Shown: piece by piece, positions 39,290 to 53,227 of the stretch
Layout of the letters: each line of letters opens with the position of its first letter
Position numbering within the stretch: the first letter of the stretch is position 1
Assembly (NCBI RefSeq): GCF_006345805.1
Contig: NC_043011.1
Coordinates: forward strand, 11,780,001-11,844,000
DNA: 64,000 nucleotides
Reading direction: 5' to 3'
Source: Octopus sinensis
Taxonomy: Eukaryota
Made by a program: the position numbers and the translations under genes
Notes under the pieces: generated by a model
Database searches by the model: none
Seen by the model: only the letters and a program-made list of their open reading frames with translations
What the model was told of the DNA's origin: nothing

Positions 39290-40470
39290 ATTAGGGAGTA
39301 TAACTCCAAACTTACAGGGAAAAATTCAATTTAGTATTAAATAAAATTTCACAGTATAAATATATAAAATATAAATTGGAGATAAAACCACTATTATGCA
39401 ACTCAAACAGTGATAGACATAAGCCAACACATAAATAACAAATAATATATATTTTTATAAAACATATAACTTATAACTAGATCTCAAAAAGTATAAAAAT
39501 GAATTAACAATATATGATAAGTAAAAAAACTACGTGCGTTTCATGGCTACAATTAAATTCGAATTACAATTAAGTTTAAATTCAATTGAAATAAATTCGA
39601 TTTAAAATTATAGTCAATCTTCAGGTTAATGATAATAGTTAAATAAATAAGCAAATAGAGTTAAAGAATATTTATTTAAAAAATAAATAAAATGATAATT
39701 TTTCTTATAGAAAATAATTCCATTAACTAAATTTGAAACTTAAAACATTAGGATTATTTCCTACAACACCTTTATTATGTTAAATATTTAATTTATAAGG
39801 TAAAAAATAGATAGAAATATGTATTTATCGTTGAACTTGGCTTTAAAAAACCATAATACTCCAATATTTAACAGAATAATCACTATTAATATTTTTAGAT
39901 TTAAGTTCACATCTAATAATTATAAAATAATAAATACATAAAAATAAGTATCTAAATTATAATCAACAAATATAGTAATTAAAAATCTTAAATTTTCTCT
40001 ATCAATAAATATATAAACATATAACCAAAAATAAATAGATTAGTTCATTATTACTTACATAAATATTATAAATATCTATAGAATATATTTATGAAATACA
40101 ATTTAAAATTAAAAAATTAAAAATCAAATTAAAAACGTATAACCTATCTTTAAGAAACCGTATTACTATTTTACGATCTATATTCCACAATGACTAATAT
40201 CTTCAAATTTACGTACAGTCATAATAATTATATTCTAATAACAATTAAATAAATGTACATATCTAAATTATCATTAACAACTAAAGTAATTATAAATTCA
40301 AATTTAACAATCAATAGTTATATAGAATACAATGAAATTTCTTAAATAAAAAAGTTTACTTAACTTTATAAATTTTTAAGTTTTATAAAAATATATATTA
40401 TTTGTTATTTATGTTTTGGTTTATGTCTATCACTGTTTGAGTTGCATAATAGTAGTTTTATCTCTAATTT
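39290..40470 (-). mobile_element. Extremely AT-rich Penelope-like remnant with pLTR hammerhead and inverted terminal copy
   Basis: ~100-bp inverted repeat (39368-39465 vs ~40380-40472). Minus-strand peptide relics LKDRLYVFNL and ELKSKNINSDYSVKYWSI resemble the Penelope GIY-YIG region. Hammerhead motif at 39528-39627. Confidence 0.7.
39528..39627 (-). ncRNA. Type I hammerhead motif with long stem II (partly decayed)
   Basis: AAC CUGAAGA U UGACUAUAAUU...AAUUGUAGCCA U GAAA CGCACG UA GUU: intact core, near-palindromic stem III, GUA triplet, but only a 3-bp stem I. Confidence 0.65.
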
Positions 40471-40944
40471 ATATTATATATATATATATATGTATATATA
40501 TATGTATATATTCCCCAGTCAAGCAGTTCCAATTCATCTGGCTCAATTACATACTGTTTCTTGTTTCTTTATTGCCCTCAAGGGGCTAAACACAGAGGGG
40601 ACAAACAAGAACAGACAAACTGATTAAATCGATTACATCGACCCAGTGCGTAACTGGTACTTATTTAATCGACCCCGAAAGGATGAAAGGCAAAGTCGAC
40701 CTCGGCGGAATTTGAACTCAGAACGTAGTGGCAAACGAAATAACCGCTAAGCATTTAGCCCGGCGTGCTAACGTTTCTGCCAGCTCGCCGCCTCAATAAC
40801 ATACTGTTTCTGGCAACACAATTTTACTGAGAAAGCCTATGGCAAATTTCGTGTGGTGAGATTGATTATAAAACGAGTTGCAGAACGCATTTCCTAACTA
40901 CTTATACATACATAATGCATATTAAAGCAGCAGCAGCAGCAGCT

Positions 40945-40984
<40 letters not shown>

Positions 40985-41067
40985 GTTTATTCAAATATAC
41001 GTACACGCACAGACTGAGAGAGGGGGTGGAGAAAGAGGGGTGGAGAGAGAGAGAGAGAGAAATGCAT

Positions 41068-41831
41068 AAACTAGAACTGAAAAATGCGCACGTTCAAAAG
41101 GGTTACAGAATGTCGTAATAAACTTTAAAAAAGTATGGGGCTAGCATTGTTGCTTAGAAATATTAGAAGCACTATATGTTGTACATTCTATGGCATCTTA
41201 AAACGAAAAGAGTCTCGTGTGTGAATTACGATGTCACGATAATTATTAAACCGAGTTTTTAATATAAGAATTTGAAAATGTACAAAATATGATCTTTAAC
41301 TTCGAATAAATAAATACATTTTAATACTCTTCCTACCAAAGTATATAAAAAACATGTTTCATATTGCATGCAAATTACCATCATAATAAAAAAAACTGGA
41401 TTTATGATGGTCGAATCTATATAACAGCGAAAATACGAAACCGAAACAATTATAAGCAAAGATAATTCGCATTATGATACACATATTAATGGAAGAGTTA
41501 TACGAATTAAACAAATTATTTCTAAATTATTTTTGATTGATAACTTGTAAATTTATAAAAATTATCATTTGGAGATTGAATTATTGCGTAAAGATGACAT
41601 TAGTATTTGTACACAATTGTTTTCTTAAAATTGAGTATACGATAATTTAATTTAATTAATTTTTAATAGGCGCAGGAGTGGCTGTGTGGTAAGTAGCTTG
41701 CTAACCAACCACATGGTTCCGGGTTCAGTCCCACTGCGTGGCATCTTGGGCAAGTGTCTTCTGCTATAGCCCCGGGCCGACCAATGCCTTGTGAGTGGAT
41801 TTGGTAGGCGGAAAGTGAAAGAAGCCTGTCG

Positions 41832-41874
<43 letters not shown>

Positions 41875-42253
41875 TTCTTTGTGTGTCTGTGTTTGTCTCC
41901 CTAGCATTGCTTGACAACCGATGCTGGTGTATTTATGACCCCGTCACTTAGCGGTTCGGCAAAAGAGACCGATAGAATAAGTACTGGTCTTACAAAAAGA
42001 ATAAGTCCCAGGGTCGAGTTGCTCGATTAAAGGTGGTGCTCCAGCATGACCGCAGTCAAATGACTGAAACAAGTAAAAGAGTAAAGAGTATAGCTTAATT
42101 TCGATAAACTAGACAAATTTCTTGTGATAAAAGAATCTACAACATATAGTGATTCCAATATTTTATAGCAACAATGCTAGCCCCATACTTTTTAAGGTTT
42201 ATTTATAATAACCTGTAACCCTTTTGAGTGTGCGCATTTTTCAATCCTAGTTT
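41068..42253. repeat. ~115-bp inverted repeats (41068-41183 and 42138-42253) enclosing ~950 bp that includes a SINE
   Basis: aaactagaactgaaaaatgcgcac...ggggctagcattgttgct...cactatatgttgta and its reverse complement. Confidence 0.8.
41666..42090 (+). mobile_element. Bipartite tRNA-derived SINE
   Basis: Full head and tail modules. Confidence 0.85.
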
Positions 42254-43324
42254 CGTACTATTTATGTACTGAAATATAATGGTGTGGCAGCCTCTAATAA
42301 ACTGACATGCAAACGCCAACCAATTGAAATAATGTGACTGTCACAATATTAAGAAATGTACGATAAAATCGAAAATAAATTGTCGTATTTGTTTATTATC
42401 ATACGGAGAGATACTGAACAGCAGCTAGTATATCATAAGCTGTACTATAAAGAAATGTATCTAAAAAAATATTAATAGTATTAATTTTAGAAAATCACTA
42501 GCAAAATCTAAAACGAGATACCATACAACAAAGAGAAGGCGAAAATGAGTAAGACAAAATTCTCGAAGACAGTTGCATGTCAAACTATCGCTCATTGGTT
42601 GATGATGATTGAAAATTAACCAATAAAACTCGATCACCACGCAAACGGCCACGGCCCCCTTACACCTAGGCATATATTGTCAGACGCACAGTAAACTCGA
42701 TTATATCATTCTGCTGTCGGTCACTACGTGCCTGACAGATACGCGCTTAAATGTATGTGTATGTCTGTGATTTTCCTCACCAGAAAACTGATCCGTATGG
42801 CATGAAGCATGCATACAATAAGTAGTTTCTTAAATAAGTGAAGTAGTGGCAGTGGTACTCTTTCTGTACATGTTCTTTTGATACTTTAAAACCTTTAAAA
42901 TCCTGCTGCACTGATCAAGTCTAGGAGCTGGAGACCAGTGACAGTTGGTATTTGTAGTTTCTTTAAATATATCTAGAATCCTCTTAAAGGAACAAGTATC
43001 AGAAAATTAAAAATTGGAATTACATATTTTAGCTTCTTATCGACTGCAAACCACCTCCTCAGTTTATGACGATGGCTCAAAGCCTAACATTTATCGGCTG
43101 GTTCGACTTTATTACTGTTGATACTCATATTATCGACTTTAGATAAATACAAAAATCATCATCGTCATGTTTTGAACATAAACCATAAAGAGACGAAACC
43201 AAATAAAGTGGTCAGTGTTCAACAGTTTACACAAATAGTATTGGACATTATTGTCTTATATGGCAAAACGTCACGAACTCATTTAAGAAAGATGAGGTTC
43301 TTTGATATTTTGCTACATTTTTGC

Positions 43325-43911
43325 ATATTCCGCTACATTTTGGTATATTACAATAGCATATTAGTTGGGTAAACAAGTCACGATAAAATACGCGTTTATA
43401 AATGGGAGAGAAACGCATAGACACAACTTTTTAATTTACAGAGTCATAACCCTTTTCTGAAGGGCTTTGACTCTATAAATTAACTGAAATGATTGCGTCA
43501 AGAAATCGAAACCCGTTTGCTGGCTACATTGCTGGTGACTGAGTGTTCAGTTAAAAGTCCACTCCAAAGTTATAACAGTTTCGGGAATTTTTAAATATTT
43601 TTCTTTCTACATTTTTATTTGAAATTCTGTAAACTTAAAAGATAAAATATAGTTATGACGAATTCAGAGTTCTCCCTCCTTCCTTCACGGTAGTGGTCGT
43701 ATGATAAATCTTAAGATGAACATTTACTTTTCGCAACCAAGTAGCTCCTTAAGTAACTCAGTTCTGAATCAAATTAAATGACTTAAGTTCATAGAAGCGC
43801 CAATATTCCGCTACATTTTGGTATATTACAATAGCATATTAATAGGGTAAACAACCTCCGATAAAATACGCGTTTAGGAATTGGAGAGAAACGCATAGAC
43901 ACAACTTTTAA
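43325..43911 (+). repeat. ~110-bp direct repeats (43325-43434 and 43803-43911)
   Basis: atattccgctacattttggtatattacaatagcatatta...gagagaaacgcatagacacaactttt occurs twice. Confidence 0.85.
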
Positions 43912-44945
43912 GCGTATATTCTGTACTAAACGCACTTTTAAAAATCTCATTGAGAGAAATTTAATTCTATAAAACTCATAAAAATTGGTACAGTATAAAA
44001 AAATAATTATGGAGAAAAAAGTGGTCAAATTCATGTATAAGACCAAAATTCGTCTTTAGACCACAGCCTTGTTATTTTAAGAAAATATTTAGTATATAAC
44101 GCTTATTTGAAAAATCTCAATGAAAGAATTTGTAATCAAGATTAAAAGTCGAACAGTAGAAAACTTTTCAACTAAATGCGATCAATTAAATCGTCACATT
44201 TCTCTTACATTAGATGCTTTGAAAGATCTAAATGAGAAGTATCTACTTCTGACAACCACGTCAAAATGTGTACAGTAGAAAAAAAAACTTATGAAATCGC
44301 TAATAAACTGACACCGACAGCTTTGTAAGAAAATTTAAGTAAAATATGAATACAGTAAAGAGGGTTAGTATTGCACTGATTCCAAATTTTAACGAGTTTT
44401 AGTCCAGTAACAATTTCAATCTGATTGCATCTAGGTATGTCGTGTGGCATTTGTTTTTTTCATTTTCAAAGTAGCGTTTAACGAGATAAAAATTTTCTGA
44501 TTTTACAATATTTTGAAAGCATGAGAGCAGATTTTGGGGTGAAAAAAAACACAACGTTTTGGTGCAACTTTTTGATTGTGAAAGTAACGGTTTTAGGTAA
44601 AATTGTAACTGAGATCATTTTCACGGCAACTTTTCGCTCTAGGAACAGCAAATGAAAAAAAAAAGTGTGGGACTGAGAATGAAAAAAATATCAAGTCTGG
44701 TATGCTGGTATGTACAAAAGCATACTTGGATATCTTGGCTAAGTGCAACGAATGCTTAACAGTATGTTATTAAACACCATTATTTTAGATTTCTGTTTTA
44801 ATTTCTCAACATTATTTGGTTAACATGTGAAGGTAGGACTGAAAAAAATATTAAAAAATTGTAGAATAAGATACATGTAAATATAGCTGAAAATTGTTAA
44901 CTCTTCGAAAAGTAAACAAAAAATTTCGATTTTTATATAATTTAA

Positions 44946-45346
44946 GGATATTTTCGGTTTGAAATTGTCACCCATAATTATGACCCTAGTATCGATCTAT
45001 TGCATTTCAATCTCTTTTAGGGTTAGGGTTAGTTAGGGTTAGGGTTAGGGCTGGAGGGAAGGGTATCTTTTTACTTCAGAAATGTAAATAAACCTAATCT
45101 GTTTCTTAAGCGAGGGACATATTCATACGGCACAGAATGTTTTCACCTCAATAGACGTCATTGATTGGTTGAAATTGCTGAAATGCAAGAAATTAAAGAC
45201 CAAATATCTTACAAACTATAGAATTTTCTCAATAAAGCCAAGAGAAAAAGATGTTTTATAAACACATTCTACCAGTATACGAAGTTTAAAATTTTTTAGT
45301 TACCTAGAAATTATGTTAAAAACTGCCGTTTAAACCGAAAAGATCC
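44946..45346 (+). mobile_element. GGATC-TIR MITE, 8-bp TSD TAATTTAA, ~5.5 TTAGGG units
   Basis: TSD at 44938-44945 and 45347-45354; TTAGGG array at 45017-45050. Confidence 0.9.
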
Positions 45347-45516
45347 TAATTTAATTATTGTCAACTTATAAAATTTATATTACAAATTTATAAAAAAGTT
45401 TTCTATAGTTTTAGAAAAAGAAAGTGTTTAGTTTTATATATTTTTTTTCAGTATTGTCTTTATTTTTGCTCGTAAAAAGAAAAAAAGCGTTGTCTAACAA
45501 TCAAGAAGAATGCAGA

Positions 45517-45752
45517 CGTAGGAGTGATGAGCTGGCAGAAACGTTAGCACGCCGGGCGAAATGCGTAGCCGTATTTCGTCTGTCGTTACGTTCTGAGTTC
45601 AAATGCCGCCGAGATCGACTTTGCCTTTCATCCTTTCGGGGTCGATTAAATAAGTACCAGTTACGCACTGGGGTCGATATAATCGACTTAATCCGAGTGT
45701 CTGTCCTTGTTTGTCCTCTCTGTGTTTAGCCCCTTGTGGGTAGCAAAGAAAG
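45517..45752 (+). mobile_element. SINE family 2
   Basis: gagctggcagaaacgttagcacgccgggcgaaatgcgtag...gagttcaaat...gccccttgtgggtag. Confidence 0.8.
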
Positions 45753-46249
45753 AGGAGTGATAATATTAATGGCCCTGGAAAAATAGAACAAGAAGTAGAA
45801 GCTTAAAAAATGTATATTGCAGTTAAAGTTGGAATTTGAATTTTTTGAATTTAATATGCCTTCTGGGTGGGTTAGGCAGAAAGTAGAGAAAAGATTAAAG
45901 GGGAGACTAAGGTTGATCTTATGCAGCATGTTGGTAATGTGGTTAAATTTGAAGGACCATTTTTTTTCTCTCACGTACATTTCTGATTGAGACCGTACCC
46001 ATTGGTTTACTGAGTATGTGGAAGATTAGCTGGCTCGAACTCATTAAAATAAAATGCATCCTAGTTACTCTTTCTCCCTAGATTAGCTCATGTTTCTATA
46101 TGTCTAAATGTCAGCTAGTATTTCTATGAAAGAGAGCTAGTTGAAACATTTTTAATTTGAAAGTCAAGCTACATTTTCATTATAAACAAGTGCTTCATAC
46201 AAAAGTTCCATATAAAATTTTCTGCATGGGGAAAATTAGAATTTATAGA

Positions 46250-46661
46250 AGATGTTTTCGGTTTGAACGGCAGTTTTTTCTAGCGGTGTCATATGAAATT
46301 GTCACCCATAATTATGACCCTAGTATCGATCTATTGCATTTCAATATGTTTTAGGGTTAGGGGTGGGGGGAAGGGTATCTTTTTTTCTTCACAAATGTAA
46401 ATAAACCCAATCTGTTTCTTAAACGAGGAACTTATTCATACGGCACAGAATGCTTTTTACCTCATTAGACATCAGTGATTGGTTGAAATTGCAGAAATTG
46501 AAGAAAAAAAAGCAACAAATATCTTACAAACTATAGAATTTTCTCAATAAAGCCAAGAGAAAAAGATGTTTTATAAACACATTCTACCAGTATACGAAGT
46601 TTAAAATTTTTTAGTTACCTAGAAATTATGTTAAAAACTGCCGTTCAAACCGAAAAGATCC
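46250..46661 (+). mobile_element. GGATC-TIR MITE copy (no clear TSD)
   Basis: Colinear with 21174-21591. Confidence 0.85.
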
Positions 46662-47030
46662 TTCCCCTTTTGTCCAATAGTTTCCCAGTTTCAATTAAAA
46701 ACATTATCACACCTGTATCCACTTATCTTCCTTTTGTCACTTTTGTTCCGAGCTTTGTAGAAGAGGTACATAGTATTTTGTGGCGTACAGATCACAACTT
46801 TAATATTGTTTTCAAATTTTACCACAGAGCCAGCAGTTTTGGGGGAGGGGTAAGTCGATTACCTTGACCTTAGTACTCAACCAGTACATATTTTATCGAT
46901 CCCCAAAGGATAGGATGAAAGGCAAAGTTGACCTTGGTGGCATTTGAACTCAGAACATACGACCCGAAGAAATGCCACTAAACATTTCCCCCGGCGTGCT
47001 AGCGATTCTGCTAGTTCACCGCACACATAC

Positions 47031-47061
<31 letters not shown>

Positions 47062-47209
47062 ACCGGGCGCGCACGCACACACACATATATACATTACTGC
47101 TTATAGTTGTCCTTCGAATACTATTATGACAACCCGTCTTCTGTCGTGAGTCTTTCAGAGACTTACATTTCAATATAATTTCAAATCTCAGCTGCAGACA
47201 AGGCATGGT

Positions 47210-47438
47210 GGATCTTTTCCTTTTGAACGGCAGTTTTCAACACAATTTCTAGTTAACTAAACACTTTTAAACTTCGTATACTGGTAGAATGTGTCAAAAT
47301 AAAACATTTTTTTCTCTTGGCTTTCTTGAGAAAATTGTAATTTGTAAGTTAAACGTAGTTTAATTTTTCGAATTTTAACCAATCAATCGCCTCTAATTGA
47401 GCTAAAATCATTTGCTGCCGTTCAAAAGGAAAAGATCC
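47210..47438. mobile_element. Short GGATC-TIR MITE variant, 8-bp TSD GGCATGGT
   Basis: TIR ggatcttttccttttgaacggcag; TSD at 47202-47209 and 47439-47446. Confidence 0.9.
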
Positions 47439-48304
47439 GGCATGGTATCTTTTATTGTAGGAGAGGGGACAGCTTAGTTTATGTATCAAGGTCTAGGCTT
47501 TTCTAAGACAGTAAATTGTGATTTGAAGATTTAGCTGCTATTTCTAACAGAACTAATGATCTTGCAGAGACTCACTTGTTGGCTCGTGGTAGTGTAGAGG
47601 CCACACCCTCACCCTTCAACCACATATGAATATACCCTTCCTGTTGTTAACATTCTGATGTGCTGACCCTTGACACCTTCATACACATTCCGATCGTTGT
47701 GTGTAGCAAAAGTACTGTCATTGCACTGCACTCACTGACCTTAACGTTGAGGTGACGAACCTACTTCATTAAAACAGCACTCGTTTGGAGATCACCCTCG
47801 CCTACTTTTTATCTGAACAACCACCACCACCACCACCACCACCACCACCGACATCAGCTTTACTGCTACGATTGTGTGCGATACATAACAATGACTATTG
47901 CTTCTACCATACTAAATACATTAGTTGTAAATAGAAGTCAGAATCCTTTGCTCGTAATCTTTAACACCCACCAATGACTTTGAGTTCACACTGTGATACA
48001 CTGTACTACTAACATTCCTTTCGTTTGCATCCTCCTATACCATCCCATACCAATTGTTCCACCATCAACTCCACTACTTTCTTATTTGAAGAAAAAAAGA
48101 TAAAAGGTTATGAGGACCAGAAATTTATAATTAATTAATTAATTAATAGGTACAGACGTGGCTGTGTGATAAGAAGTTTGCTTCCTAACAACATGGTTCC
48201 GGGTTCAGTCCCAACCTTCGGAAAGTGTCTTCTGCTATAGACTCGGATCGACCAAAGCCTTTTAAGAGGATTTGGGAGACGGAAACTTAAAGAAACCCCG
48301 GTCG

Positions 48305-48342
<38 letters not shown>

Positions 48343-48601
48343 TTTGTTTGCCCGTATGTGTCCCGCCACCATTTGACAAGCGTTGCCGTTGTGTTTACGT
48401 CCCAGTAACTTAGCGGTTCAGTAAGAGAAACTTATACATTAAGTACCGGGTTTTAAAAAATAACATAAGGACTGGGGTTGATTCATTCGACTAAAAATTC
48501 TTCAAGGTGGTGCCCCAGCATGGCCACAGACTAATGACTGAAACAAGTAAACGATAAACGATAATCAATTAATCAATTACACACACACATATACACATAT
48601 G

Positions 48602-48635
<34 letters not shown>

Positions 48636-48669
48636 TGTATGTATGTATGTACATACATATACTACTCTT

Positions 48670-49637
48670 GGATCTTTTCAATTGTGTGGCCAGGAGCCCA
48701 GATCTTTCTACTTAACTAAATAATTTGAAACTTCGTATGCTGGTATAGTGTTTCAAAACAAGACACAAGTTGGAACTAGTTTATTTGAGAAAAATCTATT
48801 TTATGACTTTAATCGTAGATTAAAACTACGAATTTTAACCAATGAGATTGCTTGTTTTCATATTTAATACGTTACTGCATTCTGTTAGTGTGACGTAGAA
48901 AGCAGTTTTGTGACGTAGGCAACTGTGCACATACATACACACACACACACATAGATACACACACACACACATACATACATACACACACATACATACATAG
49001 ATACATACACACACACACATACATACAGATACATACAGACACTCGAAAAAACTAAACACTGAATCGGCCATACATACATACATACATACACACACACACA
49101 TACATACACACACATACACACACACACACACACACACATACAAAGATACATACACACACACACACACATGCACACACATACATACAGATACACATACACC
49201 GAGTATTCACTCGAAAAAACTAAACACCGAATCGGCCATACATACATACATACATACATACATACACATACATACACACACATACACACACACACACACA
49301 CATACATAGATACATACACACATACATACATTCATACATACATACATTCATACATATACACATACACCGAGTAAAAAATTTCATCGTTATTGTTTTGTTT
49401 ACATATGTTTACTACGTCACCAAATTGGTGGTCGAGACGGAGTAAATAATATGAAGCCGAAAGACGGAATACCATTGGTTAAAATTCTAATTATTAAACT
49501 TAGAAGTTACAATTCCGTTTTCATTCTGGTTTACAATTAAGTTTACTTTTGACACATTCTACCAGTATACGAAGTTTCAAATTGTTTGGTTCAGTAGGAA
49601 AAATTTGGAAAAACTGGCTTCACAAATGAAAAGATCC
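48670..49637. mobile_element. Long GGATC-TIR element, 8-bp TSD CTACTCTT, swollen by an internal compound microsatellite
   Basis: Termini ggatcttttca and tgaaaagatcc; TSD at 48662-48669 and 49638-49645; (CA/CATA)n array at ~48925-49370. Confidence 0.85.
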
Positions 49638-49649
49638 CTACTCTTTACT

Positions 49650-50047
49650 CATTTACTTGTTTCAGTCATTTGACTGCGGCCATGCTTGAGCACCGCCTTT
49701 AGTCGAGCAAATCGACCCCAGGGTTTATTCTTTGGAAGCCTAGTACTTATTCTATCGGTCTCTTTTTGCTGAACTGCTAAGTGACGGGGACGTAAACACA
49801 CCAGCATCAGTTGTCAAGCAATGCTAGGGGGACAAACACAGACACACAAACATACATACATATATATATATGTACATATATACGACGGGCTTCTTTCACT
49901 TTCCGTCTACCAAATCCACTCACAAGGCTTTGGTCGGCCCGAGGCTATAGTAGAAGACACTTGCCCAAGGTGCCACGCAGTGTGACTGAACCCGGAACCA
50001 TGTGGCTGGTAAGCAAGGTACTTACCACACAGCCACTCCTGCGCCTA
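49650..50047 (-). mobile_element. Bipartite tRNA-derived SINE
   Basis: Reverse complement of the head and tail modules. Confidence 0.85.
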
Positions 50048-51883
50048 TAATTGAAATTTATAGAAAAACAAAAGGTGAAGACAGGTGTAAGAACAACAAA
50101 CAAATGTTTTAGTTGGACGCTCGAGAAAATGAAAAAGATTTTTTATGTTTCGAGCCTACGCTCTTCAACAGAAAGGAATAAGAGAAAATAAATGGAGAGA
50201 GAATGAAAAGAACTTGTAGATTTCAGTGGTCCAGCATACGTACATATGTACATAACGTCCATATATACAAATTGTATGTATGTATGTATGTATGTATGTA
50301 TGTATGTATGTATGTATGTATGTATGTATGTATTTATGCATGTATGTATGCATGCATGCATGCATGTATGTATGTATGTATGTATGTATGTATGTATGTA
50401 TGTATGTATGTATGTATGTATGTATGTATGCATGCATGTATGTATGCATGCCTGCATGCATGCATGCATGTATGCATGTATGCATGTATGTATGCATGCA
50501 TGTATGTATGCATGCATGCATGCATGTATGTATGTATGTTTCTTTACTACCCACAAGGGGCTAAACACAGAGGGGACAAACAAGGACAGACAAAGGGATT
50601 AAGTCGATTACATCGACCCCAATGCGTAACTGGTACTTAATTTATCGATGAAAAGCAAAGTCGACCTCGGCGGAATTTGAACTCGGAACGTAACAACAGA
50701 CGAAATACGGCTACGAATTTCGCCCGGCGTGCTAACGTCTCTACCAGCTGACTCTTTCGCCGCAACTTTCTCTCACTCTTTCCTCCTGTATTTAGCAGAT
50801 CGGCGTCCCGTCCAGGCTGAGAACCTCTACGCCAAGGAAACCGGCATGGCTCGAGAAGGAACAAACAACAACAAAGCGAAAATAAACGAGATCCCATACT
50901 AATCGCCAATATGTCATTCAGTGAAGAGGATGCAGCCTCGCTAATGCAGTAATTTGCCATAGATTCGAATAAAATGAGAATTCACTTTTCCTATTATTTC
51001 TTCCCCCACAAAGTATCCAGTCCTTGATGCCCTTTTAAAAAATGAGAAAATACTACTGACTTAACGGTTTTGACTGAAATTCTGTCTGGTTTAGTGTAAT
51101 TTTCATTGAAGTCTGATGAATCTAATTTTTTTGAACCACTGCTTCTTGTTCCTTGTTTGTTAGTTAACTCCGTTCAATAATTAAAACAACAACTATTACA
51201 ACTAGAGTGTTGTGAAATTAACATTCATTCTAACATTGGTGCAGTAATTATTTCGTTACTCACTAAAAACCCAATTGAGTTTATAAATCCAAACTGCTTT
51301 GTGACATTAAAGCAACTTCGTTCTCTTAATCGATTATAGTTTAAGTTTTCCAGCTTGTTAGGGAGGACATTAACCAACTTGCCGAGACGCATCTAAATTC
51401 ATTTGAAAATTTATCGCTATTTCCTGTTTGTGGATTGAAATTTCGCCGTAAAACTATCTCATAAACTTCTTGACTTGCAACAATTTCGGTAGACATATGG
51501 TTTTCTTGTCATGTTTGGTCTGTGCTTCTGGGTTAAAAAATGCTATTTAAAATGTAAAAGACACGGTAAACAGTTAAACAACTGGAACGGGAAGTTAGTA
51601 AATAAACAACTAACATTTAAAACGGTTAGAAATCTTCGCATCTGACTTCAAATAATTCTGTTAAGTAAAAACAATAGTTGAAGTAACTTAGATAAGTGGA
51701 TTAAGAAAGGAGAAAACGATCCAGAGAACATATACTCTAACACTCATACATATGGGTTTGAAAGCACGAAAGTGTGCGTATGTGTATGTCTATATATATA
51801 TATATATATATAGGAGATAGGGGTACGTTACGCCGCAATAATATATATAGAAATTAAATATAAAATATAAATTACATATATAC

Positions 51884-51936
<53 letters not shown>

Positions 51937-51954
51937 ACATATATCTATATATAT

Positions 51955-52212
51955 CACGCTGGTCACAATGCGTTCGCATTGTTTTAGCCTTCGAATGACG
52001 CCACCCCGCTGGCTAAGCGAGCAGGCCAACAGAAGAAAGAGTGGGAGAAAGAGTGGTGAAAGAGTACAGCAGGGATCACCACCCCCTGCCGGAGCTTGGT
52101 GGAGCTTTTAGGTGTTTTCGCTCAATAAACACACACAACGCCCGGTCTGAGAATCGAAACCGCGATCCTGCGACCGGGAGTCCGCTGCCCTAACCACTAG
52201 GCCATTGCGCCT
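51955..52212 (-). mobile_element. tRNA-derived SINE (GGCGCAATGG family)
   Basis: Minus strand GGCGCAATGGCCTAGTGGTTAGGGCAGCGGAC...GGTTTCGATTC carries A and B boxes. Confidence 0.8.
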
Positions 52213-52261
52213 CCACACACACCACACACACATATATATATATATATGTGTATATATATAT

Positions 52262-52334
<73 letters not shown>

Positions 52335-52774
52335 TATATACATGTGTATATACTCACGTAACTCACATACATACATTAGGTAGATTGATAGATATAGCTG
52401 TACATATACACACACATACACACAATTATTCACATAATAATGCAAACTTATAAATAGCAACATGTACACAGTCTTTGTTTATTCAAAACTATTTCTTTTA
52501 TCTTCTTTACCAAAATGGAATAAGAATAATGGGAAGACATCTATCGCCGAATCCAGCCAACATAAGATACTGATAATGTAATTTCGAAAGTCGCTGTTCC
52601 TACAGGAAGTTCAAATGTCACCCGTTTGTTTATTACATCGTATACAGCAGTTCATAAGTTTTTAGACGAGTAGAATGAGTAGTATTTTGTTACAAAACTT
52701 TATGGAGCAACCTTCCATCTACAAAGACGGACGCTAAGCATTTTATTGAATGCAATTAATCCCACTTAATAATG

Positions 52775-52945
52775 CCACCACCACCACCACCATCACCACC
52801 ACCACCACCACCACCATCACCATCACCACCACCACCATCACCATCACCACCACCACCACCATCACCATCACCATCACCACCACCACCACCACCACCAACA
52901 TCATCATCATCATCAGCAGCAGCAACAACAACAACAACAACAACA
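52775..52945. repeat. (CAC/CAT)n-(CAG)-(CAA)n compound microsatellite
   Basis: Read directly from the sequence; it accounts for the poly-P/G/T/V ORFs. Confidence 0.95.
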
Positions 52946-53170
52946 GTTGTCTTTAATTTAGGCACCAAGTTAGCAAAATTGAGTGAAAGGGATTGGTCAA
53001 TATCATCGATCCCAGTGCTTGGCTTGTTTCCTCATTTTTCTCAACCTTGAAAGGATGAACGGCAGAGTTCGCGTCAATATGATTTGCACACAGGAAGCCA
53101 GAAGAAATATCGGAAGCATTTAGTTTGAATGCGCTAACGCTTCTACCAATCCACCGCCCTGAAGATGATG

Positions 53171-53226
<56 letters not shown>

Positions 53227-53227
<1 letters not shown>

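Noticed and set aside
39290-40470. Possible NUMT (mitochondrial rRNA or control-region-like composition)
   Set aside because: No recognisable mt rRNA, tRNA or protein motifs. The terminal inverted repeat, hammerhead motif and GIY-YIG relics fit a Penelope-like remnant better.
51955-52212. tRNA gene-like heads (A/B boxes) here and in other SINE copies
   Set aside because: No complete cloverleaf, and each continues into a SINE body; these are SINEs, not tRNA genes.
52743-53050. Poly-Pro/Gly/Thr ORFs resembling formin, extensin or collagen-like proteins
   Set aside because: They are translations of a (CAC/CAT)n compound microsatellite, with no splice signals or unique coding flanks.
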